Positions 50,431-64,000 of a DNA stretch of 64,000 nucleotides are shown piece after piece (positions within the stretch are counted from its first letter, which is position 1; every line of letters starts with the position of its first letter). This DNA comes from the human T2T-CHM13v2.0 reference genome, Homo sapiens. Location of the stretch: the NCBI RefSeq assembly GCF_009914755.1, contig NC_060935.1, one strand, 5' to 3'. Under the pieces are notes generated by a model. That model saw nothing but the letters and a program-made list of their open reading frames with translations. It was not told the DNA's origin and did no database searches. Both the position numbers and the translations under genes were made by a program.

Positions 50431-51639
50431 TTTGTGTGTTGATCTTGTATTTGCCCATTCTTTACTAAATATCTTATTAGTTCTAAAATTTCAGCTGTAA
50501 ATAATATTTCCCTTTCTCATGTTGGTACCTCTTAATTACTTTTCTTATCAAATCTCATTGTCTACAACTTATAGTCTAAACTTGGAGATGACACAGCAGG
50601 TATCCTTGTCTTGTTCCTGACTTTAGTAAGAATACTTCCAGTGTTTCATCATGAAAGCATGATATTTTAGGTAGGCTTCTAATAATTCTTCGTTAAGGAG
50701 TTTCTCTTTTTAAATTTAGAAATAAGTATTTAATCTTTACAATGCTGTTTTTAGCATTTACCAAGATGAACACATGATTTTCTCCTTCAATCTGAGTTTA
50801 TGTAATTAATTACATTATACATTTCCCAATGTTGAGGCATCCTGACATTCTTAGAATAAATCCTACTGGGTCATGATGAATTGATTTTTAAAAATATTAT
50901 AATGTTAGATTTAATTAGGTAATACATATTTATAATTTTAAAATTCATATTTGTAATTGAGACTTGCCAGAGATTTCTTCTTTTGTTTTCATGGTCTATT
51001 GTCCTCCAGCTTTGACATCAGGTTTATGCTAATCTTTAACAGACACTTAGCCTGCCAACTTGATGTAATCCACAGTAATGTCTCCCTGTAAGATTTCTGA
51101 AGAGATTGGTGTGAGGTAGATATTATTATCATCATTTTTTTTCAGATGTGGTAACTGAGGCACATTGAGAATTATAGTGTCTAACGTTTATGATATAAGT
51201 CAGTGACTAGCAAACTACTTCTTATTTATGAAAATACTACAATTATTCTTTTAATTTCTGGGGTTGAGAGGAGGGCAAAGAATTATTACTCCTGTGATCC
51301 TCTCCAGCTACTCAAACTAATATTGTTGTTTATTTCTGTTTCTCTCTGTTTTTACTAGGCTAGGAATTATCTGTGAATGTAGGACCACTGGATTTGCAGT
51401 CTTCATCTGACACTGTGGAGAGTTTCTAGGAATGAAACAGATATATGGCCTTGGGTCCCCTTTTTTTTTCTTTTTTTTTTTTTAATAGAGACGAGCATCT
51501 CACTATGTTGCCTAGGGTAGTCTTGAACTCCTGGCCTCAAGCAATCCCCACCCGACTCCGCCTCTCGAAGTGATGGGATTACAGGCGTAAACCACCACGC
51601 CTGGCCAGAAGGTGCTTTAACACCAAATCTGAAAATTGT

Positions 51640-54130
<2,491 letters not shown>

Positions 54131-56677
54131 CCGTTTATTCACCTTAATAATATTTCTCTGCCCGCTTTTCTTTCATAAACACACGTGAAGTCCTATTCTT
54201 CTGGAGCAAGAGGAATTGCTAGAGGAAGTGAAAAGTGTTTGCATTTCAGATCTCTCTTATTTTTGCCATTGACTGCTGAAAAATTTTGTCTAGCTACTCT
54301 AGGGAGAGGTGGGAATTTCAAAGATTGCTGAAGATAATAGCAGACCTGGCCCAAGTGTTCTCAAATCCTAACTCTTAGTTACTAAAATGAAGATGAAAAA
54401 TGAGGGCAGTTATACAAGAAACTAAGATAATGTGTTATCAGTTAGGACTGCCATTTTTCCAATTCTCCTAGGACCTGTAACTCTACCAATGACACCCTTT
54501 TAAAAATTTCAAATTAAGTCACCAGAATTGAGATAGAGAAAGTAATTTTATCACTCTTCAAAGAAACTACATTGGATTTTTCTGGAGAGCCAAGCCATTT
54601 CACTGATAATTTTAGTAGAATGATTTGCATGTTCTCAGAATTTTATTGAAACATTATTGATTTACTGAAGGGCCTTATCACTGACATAGTAATAATTTGT
54701 TTCCTTCACTGAAAATAAGAAGTCACTTTTAAAAGGAAAAGAAAATTTGTGATAGTCTGAAGGAGAATGTATCTTGTAGCAGATTCATATATATCTAAAT
54801 TTAAAAAATTCAATACCAACTTGTCCATAAATGCACCAAACCTTGGTTAATACATAGAACTCTTGGTGATTAAATGCTTAACCATCATCATCTGTAAGAA
54901 TCCAAATGCTTGTCCTGAGGCTTTGCCTGTGCCTTAAAATCCTGCATATTAGTACTTTACCATCTTTACAGCTCAGGTCTTGTAAATCCTAGGGCGCTAG
55001 GGGAAGAAAGTACCTGCCAGGGTATACAAACTCATGGTATGTTTGCCTAAGGGTAGGGAGCCATAAAACTGGCAGCAGGCGATTTTCTTTTCTTTTTATT
55101 ATAGGTCATGCATTTGATCTCCCTACTTTTCTCAAATTTGTATGGGGCCGGGCCAGCAGCTCTGCATTTGAGTGGGTTGTATGGGAATGCTTTCATTTTC
55201 TCCGCTAAACCTGCTCTCAAATTATCACTTTCTAGCATCTACTGATGGATCTTAGGGATGTTCATGTTTCCTAAGAAATTTAGCCCCATAAAAGGTATGA
55301 AGAGATTTACCCAAGTAGCAGATAAAGTTAAGGGATGTCACTTCCATGATGTGCAACTCTCCCACTAGGGTTGCAGCTGGGACACTATCAATATTCACTT
55401 TTCCACCCCTCCCATCTCCTTTTTACCCCTAGCCATGGCAAACATGGAATAAATACAGCACCGATTCTCCACATTTTTTATCTCAAGACCACTTTGCACA
55501 CTTAAAAATTGAAGATTCAAAGGGCTTTTGTTTGTGAGTTGCTGTATTAGAAATTGAAATGAGAGAAATTTTTAAGAATTGATACATCCTAAAACACAAT
55601 AATAAACCTACTACATGTAAATATAAATAACATATTTTATGAAAAAGTACTGTTTTTCAACACAAGAAAATTAAAGAGTAGCACTGTTTTACATTTTTAC
55701 AAATTTCCCTAATGACTGCTTAACAGAAAACAGTTGGATTCTCAGATCTGCTTCTGCAATGGGTCTATTGCAATATATGGCTTTGGTTGAAGTATATGAA
55801 TAAAATCCAGCATTACACAGATATGTACTTGAAAAAAGGAGGAGTATTATAATAACTTTTTCAGATAAGTGGGGATAATCTTCTTTGATACTACACCAAA
55901 ACTGGACAAGTCCTAGCTAGTTTCTTAAAGGATGGTTCCAATGTGGAATCTGAAACCACAGCAGTGAAAGTTATGTAGTCTATTATGTTAAAATCTAGTG
56001 CCCTATTTTGTACCTTGAAAATTTCTATTACCCATGCATGATTTTGTACCATGATGCACTGGCCATTTGGAAAATATTGGTTCATTGAATTATGCATATC
56101 TTTCAAATGTTGACACATTTCTTTGTACAGCATCAAAAACCACATTCATTAATATTACCACTGATTTCATTAAAAAAAGTCATAGTATTGTGATGATGTC
56201 AAGCTTATAGTGGCATATACAAGTTTCCCAAAATTCCAATTTTTGCTTGAAAGCTAGAATGTTATCATTGGATACAAATACTGCCAGTTGTTTTTCTTGC
56301 AGACTCACTTCATTCATTTTTGAGAAAATGTCTGACAGATAACCAAGTCTGAATTACTGTAGTTTGATGTCTGTTGTTCTTTCAAGAAAAAAATGGTGTT
56401 CCGTAAAAAAAGCAGCTAATTCAGCTTGCAGCTCAAACAATTAATTGTACAAGTGCTTTTTCTTGAGATAATCATTAGATTTTGGTATTCAATAGAAGTG
56501 CCTTATACATCCCATTTGGTCACACAGAATGTTAAAAGACCCAAAGGTTGAGATTTTGATGACATTAATAATTTTTACTGCTTCACCAGGGCATTCTTAT
56601 GTGAAACAGTTTTTTTCCCCCTCCTGTGAGTACCTGGCGATAAAGAATATAATGACTATTAGTATCAGTTAAGTGTC

Positions 56678-56997
56678 TGCTTTGGTTTAAATGTTATTGT
56701 TTCCTCTAAAATTCATGTGTTGAAAACTTAATCCCTATGGCAACAGTATTGGGAGGTGTATGGATTAATGATGTTATAAAAGGGCTCACAGGAATGAGAG
56801 TGGCCTTCTCTCATTTCTGCTCTTCTGCCATGTGGGGACCTGGCCTTCCTCCCCTTCAAAGGACACAGCATTCACGTGCCATTTTGGAAGCAGAGAAACT
56901 GGGCCTTCACCTGCCAATGCCTTGATCAACTTTCAGAATTGTGAGATAATTAATTTCTGTTCCTTATAAATCATGTAGTCTCAGTTATTCTGTTATA
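56678..56997 (-). mobile_element. MaLR (MST-type) LTR nested in Charlie1
   Basis: tgctttggtttaaatg...gaattgtgagataattaatttctgttccttataaa...ctcagttattctgttata. Confidence 0.7.
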
Positions 56998-57045
56998 TTA
57001 GGTTGGTGCAATTACTTTTGCACCACAATTTTTTTTTGCATTATC

Positions 57046-58111
57046 TGCTGGGGGAACCAGCCCCCCAGTATTTCAACGTAGATTCTATTTTCCCTAAGTG
57101 TCGGCCGGTCTGAGAAATAAAGAGGAGTACAAAGAGAGAAGTTTTACAGCTGGGCCTCTGGGGGTGCCATCACATATTGGTAGGACCGTGATGGCGACCC
57201 TGAGCTGCAAAACCAGCAAGTTTTTATTAGGATTTTAGAAGGAGAGTAGATGTACGAACAGGGAGTAGGTCACAAGGATCACATGCTTCAAAGGGCAATA
57301 AAAGATCACAAGGCAAGGGCAAAATTAGAATTACTGATGAGGGTCCATGTCCTCCTGTGCATGCATTGTCTTGATAAACATCTTAACAGGAAAGAGAGTT
57401 TGAGAGCAGACAACCGGTCTGACTAGAATTCACCAGGCTGGAATTTCCCAATCCTAGCAAGCCTGAGGGCACTGCGGGAGACCAGGGTGTATTTCAGTCC
57501 TTATCTCAACCACATAAGACAGACAATCCCAGAGCAGGCGTTCATAGACCTCCCCCCAGGAATGCATTCCTTCCCCAGGGCTATCAATTATTAATATTCC
57601 TTGCTGGGAAAAGAATTCAGCAATATTTCTCCTACTCACACATCCATCTATAGGCTTTCTGCGAGAAGAAAAATATGGCTGTGTTCTGCCCAACCCCGCA
57701 GGCAGTCAGGCCTTATGATTATCTCTTTTGTTCCCTGAAAATCACTGTTATTCTGTCCTTTTTCAGGGTGCACTGGTTTCATATTGTTCAAACACACGTT
57801 TTACAATCTGTACAGTTAATGCAATCATCACAGGGTCCTGAGGTGACATACATCCTCAGCTTACAAAGATGACGGGATTAAGAGATTAAAGACAAACATA
57901 AGAAATTATAAGAGTATTGATTGGGGAAGTGATAAATATCCATGAAATCTTCACAATTTATGTTCAGAGATTGCAGTAAAGACAGGCGTAAGAAATTATA
58001 AAAATATTAATTTTGGGAACTGATAAATGTCCATTAAATCTTCACAATTTTTGTTCTTCTGCCGCGGCTTCAGCTGGTCTCTCCATTCGGGGTGCCTGGC
58101 TTCCTGCAACA
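57046..58111 (-). mobile_element. MER11 (ERVK, HML-8) solo LTR nested in Charlie1
   Basis: - strand starts tgttgcaggaagccagg...gaagccgcggcagaagaac; internal repeats taagaaattataa; perfect 6-bp TSD attatc. Confidence 0.9.
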
Positions 58112-59799
58112 ATTATCAAAACAAATGTCAATACAGTGAAAAAGGCAAATAACAGCTTAGTATTATTTTGAAAATAGTTTTTATCTCACAGGCCTCACAC
58201 ATTTAGAAGTACTGGTCTGTAGGTCTAGCATATGAGACAGTGACACAATTCTAAAATGTAAGTCTTTTAGTGTAATTCTCTTGAGCTTCCCCCAGCCTAC
58301 TTTTTATGTTGTTGCTGTGCTAAGTCTGATTTTTTTTTTTATATAGGTCTTTTGGGGAAACCTATCTACTTACTTCCCTATTCTCTTCTGCCTGTGTTGA
58401 GTGCTCACCCTTGGCACTAACTGTCTTTTTGTCAGTTTGCTCCATTAATCAAATATTTATATTTAGACATATGTTAAAAATATACATCAAGAATTATATT
58501 TGTCCTGTCTGCTTCATATCTTCCAGAAATTCAACATTTATTTGGGGGTCATAGAATTCTTCCTGATTTTTTTAGTGTTGGTATTTTTTTTTCTTTTTAT
58601 ATCTTTATTATTTCAATGGCATTTTTGGAAAAAGTGGAAAAACTTTGATTCCATTTGTCATTTTTTTAAATCCAAAAGTATTTCTTCTATTTGGAAATAA
58701 TGGGAATTTGGACTTTGCACTAGTTTGGATGGATCTTTCTCCCAACTAGTTGACTTGAATAGTGAGGTTTTAGGTACTTTATGACTTGGAGGTGCACTCT
58801 TCACCTCACTGTCAACTTTGGTTGTGCTGCTTCCTTCCAGAGTTCACATCAAGGGCAGGGAGGTTATACAAGCCAGAGACGTCATGGTGTATCAGTCTTT
58901 CTAGTTGGCTCAATCCCAGAGCAATGCTCTGTTTTTACTCTAAACAATCCCTCACTGAATTTGGCAGCAGGGATTGAGTCTGGTTTTTAAGGTCCTGTTT
59001 AAAAACTATCTATCCTTTTCAGCATGTTTTCATTACTTCTTTCATGTTTTCTGGTATGAAATTAAGATAAAAATTTCTTTTCACCAAGTTTGAAATCAAA
59101 CAAATAAATGGAAATCTTTGTGGGAGAGCTATTGGAAGGATGGTTGTAGCATCAAAGGAGGCTATGTATCATTAACTGACTGACTAATGCAGAATTCAAG
59201 ATAAGGTTATCATTCACAATGAGTTTTTTTTTTTATTGCAATTATTAGCAACATATCGAGGTCTTCAAGGCCAGGAAAGATTAGACTCTGTATTGTATTT
59301 ATATTGGATACTTTTTACTTTAGTAGTGATAAAATTCACAAAGATTCTTTCGAAGGATTGAAATTTTCTACAATAAGTCTAAAATTCAGATGTCAGAGAG
59401 ATTTTTCTTTTAGGAAGATTTTCAGAAAAGGCATATTAATTCAGTCCCTATTGATGGTGTCAGATCCACTTCTGGTGCTTTGATATAGTCTACAGACATT
59501 TTAAAAAGTTCTTATCCAGTACTAGAAACTAAATTACATTGAAGCAAAAGTTTTTCTTGAGCTGATAATGCTGTTCAGCTAAGAAAAAATTGGTGAGTTG
59601 AATACTTGTTGATTGAATCGGGTAAAATAGCTTTGAAGAATCTGACATTTCTAAATGGTTCTTAGTAGTTACAAATACAGTAAGAAGACGAGTCTTACTC
59701 ACTTATAACCAACATGGTTGATAACAAGATATTATTGTTTGGCATCCGTAGCAGTAACCATAGCACCATTTCTCAAAGCTTTTCTCTAAGAGGGCTGTG

Positions 59800-60200
59800 A
59801 AGTAGTAGATTGTTGTTCAGCAAATATTCATTCCTTCCGCTCTAACTCCTATAGTAGGGTTGTATTCTTCCTTTTCCTACTGATGTTGGACTTGGTTGTG
59901 TGACTTGCTTTGGCCAGTGGAATGTGGGTAGAAGTGATATCATATAAGATCTGAGCCTAGGCCTTAAGAGGAATTATGTACCTTCCCTCATTGCTCTATG
60001 AGCTTTTGTCCTCTGCCATGAGAAGAAAATGCCCCGGGGGCTGTGGCTCTTTCAGCCTGGCTATCCATAGTTTCTTCACAGAGCTGCAGCCTGAAGCAGC
60101 CTATTATTCTATCTGAAGACTTGTGAACATGAGAATAAATGCTTATTGCTGCATGACAGAGTTTTAGAATGGTTTGTTATTCAGCACAATCTGACTTGTA
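59800..60200 (+). mobile_element. MLT1-type LTR
   Basis: tgtgacttgctttggccagtggaatgtggg...aataaatgcttattgctg...ggtttgttattcagca. Confidence 0.75.
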
Positions 60201-60451
60201 TAGGGACACAGATCATTTCCTAGAACATCATCCAATAGTGGCTTTTAGGATATTAAGGTCGTAGGTACTATAATTACTAGATTGCTCAAAGAGGCAGAAT
60301 TTTCAAAATTTTGCCAATCACTTCTTTGACACATTGATTGTTAAAGAGTGTGTTGTTTAATTTCCATATAGTTGTGCATTTTCAGATTTCCTTATGTCAT
60401 TTATTTCTAGTTTCATTGCATTATTGTTGGGGAAGATTCTTTATATGATTT

Positions 60452-61156
60452 TGTAGAGGCAGAAGCAACTCCATTTTGGATGCTAATCTGCTATGTTGAC
60501 TTCTGATTAACTCCAGTTCTGGGAATGCCTCTGAGATTTCTAGTTTATCTACTGTGAAGAGCACATACTTACCATAAACCCTGCCCTTAGGTCAAAACAA
60601 CCTTGATGATGCATTTTTTAAATAGATATATGAAGCACATATACCCTTTCCCTGTGGTATATAAGCCCTGAGTCTGGGGGTTAATGGTGCAGGGATCTAC
60701 TGTTTTGTGGCTGCCTGAGTCAGAGCTTCTGTTTGTAAGTCCCTTTTTAATGTTTCTTTCTGGCTAGGAGCAGTGGCTTATGCCTGTAATCCCAGCACTT
60801 TGGAAGCCAAGGCTGAAGGATTGCTTGAGGCCAGGAGTTTGAGACCAGCCTGGGCAACATAGCAAGACCCTGTTTCTACAAAAAATAACAAAAAATAGCT
60901 GGGTGTGGTGGTACGTGCCTGTAGTCCCAGCTACTCAGGAGTCTGAGGTGGGGGGATTGCTTGAGCCTAGGAGTTAGAGACTGAAATGAGCTATGTTCAT
61001 GCCACGGCACTCTTGACTGGACAACAGAGCGAGACCTTGTGTTTATAAAACAAACAAACAAACAGTTTCTTTCTGAGAAACTGGATTTGCTAGACTCTTT
61101 CTTTGGCCTCTTGGCCTTTAGGGGTAGGTTTACATAGACCTGCTCAGGGTGGAACA
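60452..61156 (+). mobile_element. ERV1 solo LTR (with AluJ ~60762-61062) inserted in L1(-)
   Basis: tgtagaggcagaagcaactccattttgg...ggaaca with gattt-like TSD; L1 sequence resumes on both sides. Confidence 0.75.
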
Positions 61157-62159
61157 GATTTTAATCTTTTAAAATTTATTGAGACTTGTTTTGTGGCCTA
61201 GCACATAGTCTATACTAGAGAATGTTCCATGTGTACTTGAGAGAATGTGTACTCTGTTGTGGTTGGGTGGAGTGTTCTGTATATGTCTGTTAGGTCTAGT
61301 TGGCTTATAGTTTTGTTGGCAAGTCCTTCATTTGTTTCCCTGTTGATCTCTTAATAATTGTTCTATCCTTTATCAAAAGTGGGAGTATTGAAGTCTCTAA
61401 CTGTTACTGTAGAACTGTCATTTCTGCCTTCAATTCTGTCAGTTTTGCTTTACATATTTTAGGGCTCTGTTATTACATATATATGTGTTTATAATTGTTA
61501 TACCATCTTGATGGACTGATCCTTTTACCAATATATATAATAACTTTCTTTGTCTTTCTGTTCATATGTGCTTTCTAATATAAAGTGGTACATTGTGGAT
61601 ATTCAATCCATCTAATTGCCCACTAACATCTACTTTAAGCTTATCTTTTATGCAATAAATTCCTTAACATTTGCTGCACAAAAAGGTACGAATGAGATTG
61701 GTATTTAAAGGATGGAAAGAAGACTAGTATGGCTAACAGTGGTATCAAGGGGAGTCAGAGAAGTGGGCAAGGGCTTTGTAAAATAAGGTAAGAATGTGGA
61801 TTTTATTGCCAATGATATAAATATTTAGTGGAGGATTTTAAGCATGAGATTTACAATTTAAGAAGATCACTCTGGGGACTGTTTTAAGAATGGGTCATAG
61901 ACAGGTAGGGAAAGGGGTAAGGCTTTCTCTATAGTGCAGGCAAGAGATGTTGATGGCTTAGACCAGGGGGGCAAAAATGAAGATTAGGGAAGTGTAGGCT
62001 TTTAAGATATATTTTGTATATAGAGTGGATAGAACTTACTGATGAGTTTCTGTAGGGAATGGAACAGAGGACTCAGGGATGACTCTTGGTTTTTTTTGTT
62101 TGTTTGTTTTGTTTAGTTTTTTGGTTTTACCTTTGTAGTATTTCCTCAGACAAGAAGAG

Positions 62160-62868
62160 CATAACCGACAGTGGGTTCACCTTGTCTGCTGCCTAGACAG
62201 AGCCCATTTATCAAGACAGGGGAATTTCAATCGAGAAAGAGTAATTCATGCAGAGCTGACTGTGCAGGAGACCGGAGTTTTATTATTACTCAAATCGGTC
62301 TCCCCAAGGATCAGAGTTTTTAAGGACAGAGTTTTTAAGGATCAGAATTTTTAAGGACAACTTGGTGGGTGGGGGGAAACCAGTGAGCCAAGTGTGCTGA
62401 TTGTTCAGGTCAGAAATCACAGGGAGTCAAAGCTGTCTTCTTGCACTGAGTCAGTTCCTGGGTAGGGACTACAAGATTAGATGAGCCAATTTATTGATCT
62501 GGGTGGTGCCAGCTGATCCATCATGTGCAGGGTCTGCAAAATATCTCAAGCAATGATCTTAGGAGCAGTTTAGGGAGGGTCAGAATCTTGTAGTCTCCAG
62601 CTGCGTGACTCCTAAACCATAATTTCGAATCTTGTGGCTAATTTGTTAGTCCTACAAAGGCAGTCTAGTCCTCAGGGAAGAAGGAGGTTTGTTTTGGGAA
62701 AGGGCTGTTATCATCTCTGTTTTAAACTATAAACTAAGTTTCTCCCAAAGTTAGTTCAGCCTATGCCCAGAAATGAACAAGGACAGCTTAAAGGTTAGTA
62801 ACAAGATGGAGTCAGCTAGGTTAGATCTCTTTCACTGTCTCAGTCATAATTTTGCAAAGATGGGTTCA
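62160..62868 (-). mobile_element. LTR8-like ERV1 solo LTR within L2
   Basis: - strand starts tgaacccatctttgcaaaattatgactgagacagtgaaagagatctaacc. Confidence 0.8.
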
Positions 62869-63109
62869 AGAGGAGGAGTAGCAGGTCTGTTTGTTTGTTT
62901 GTTTGTTTGGCTAGTTCCTTGGTGGAGGAAAATAAATCAAGTGTTCTTTTTGTTTGTTTGTTTTTTAAGCCTGAGATACCTATTTTAGTTTAGACAACCT
63001 TTCAAGAAGGAAGGATTAGTTAGTTGGGTCAAATGTTATGAGACGTCAAGTAGGATGGAGACCAAGAAGTGACCACCACTTTGTCAATATTTGAAAAGAT
63101 CAGTCTCTG

Positions 63110-64000
63110 GTATAAACAGACAGCCACAGAATGAGAGAAAATTTTTGCAAACTATGCATCTGGCAAAGATCTAATATCCAGCATCTATAAGGAACTTAAA
63201 TTTACAAGAAAAAAATAACCTCATTAAAAAGTGGGCAAAAGACATGAACAGACACTTTTCAAAAGAAGACATACATGTGGCCAACAAGCATATGGAAAAA
63301 AGCTCAACATCACTGATCATTAGAGAAATGCAAATTGAAACAACAATGAGATACCATCTCACACCAGTCAGAATGGCTATTATTAAAAAGTCAAAAAATA
63401 ACAGATGCTGGAGAGGTTGCAGAGAAAAAGGAACACCTATATGCTGTTGGTGGGAATGTAAATTAGTTCAACCATTGTGGAAGACAGTGTGGTAATTCCT
63501 CAAAGACCTAAAAACAGAAATACCATTTGACCCAGCAATCCCATTACTGGTATATATCCAAAGGAATATAAGTACATGCATGTGTACATAAAAATACATG
63601 CATGTTTATGTTCATTGCAGCACTATTCACAATAGCAAAGACATAGAATCAACCTAAATGCCCACCAATGATAGACTGGATAAAGAAAATGTGGTACATA
63701 TACACTGTGGAATACTATGTAGCCATAAAAAAGAATGAGATCGTGTCCTTTGCAGGAATATGGATGAAGCTGGAGGCTGTTATCCTTGGCAAACTAACGG
63801 GAACAGAAAACCAAATACTGCATGTTCTCACTTATAAGTGGGAGCTAAATGATGAGAACTCATAAACATATAGAAGGGAACAACAGACTTTAGGCCTACT
63901 TGAGGGTGGAGAGTGGGAGGAGGGAGAGGATCAGGAAGAATAACTATTGGGTACTAGGCTTAATACCTGGGTGATGAAATAATTTGTACAACAAACCCCT
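63110..64000 (+). mobile_element. L1PA ORF2 3' end and 3'UTR (runs off the window)
   Basis: [17 protein letters not shown]...; DWIKKMWYIYTVEYY. Confidence 0.93.

Larger units (their letters stand above)
55460..58213 (-). mobile_element. Charlie1-type hAT DNA transposon fossil with transposase remnant
   Basis: Charlie1-like end (tctcaagaccactttgcacacttaaaaatt...gggcttttgtttg); - strand peptide FWCSIKEDYPHLSEKVIIILLLFSSTYLCNAGF homologous to the hAT C-terminus. Confidence 0.85.

Noticed and set aside
57895-58050. Direct repeats taagaaattataa...cttcacaattt
   Set aside because: Normal internal repeats of MER11 LTRs, not a CRISPR-like or novel array

Overview
Primate, almost certainly human, genomic DNA; recognisable as the ZBED5 (Buster1) locus on chr11p15. 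The only supported protein-coding gene is ZBED5 (- strand). It has a single-exon 693-aa CDS (25844-27925) from a domesticated hAT/Charlie-Buster transposase, plus two upstream non-coding exons. It is driven by a bidirectional CpG-island promoter shared with a + strand lncRNA (ZBED5-AS1), which appears to end in an ERVL-type LTR near 52.2 kb. The rest is dense interspersed repeat: Alu, L1, L2, MIR, MaLR, ERVL, ERV1, MER11 and hAT elements. The main observation is that ZBED5 exons 1 and 2 look like a duplicated 5' end of the neighbouring EIF4G2 (DAP5/NAT1) gene. They retain the exon-1 uAUG and the non-AUG GUG start codon, which here opens a spliced 44-aa or 31-aa uORF ahead of the transposase ORF; the EIF4G2 comparison is from memory and needs an alignment. 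Other observations: possible degenerate terminal inverted repeats around the ZBED5 transposon, a fossil Charlie1 with a ZBED5-homologous transposase remnant, and three locally templated duplications. Repeat subfamily names are by eye and boundaries are approximate unless a TSD is quoted.
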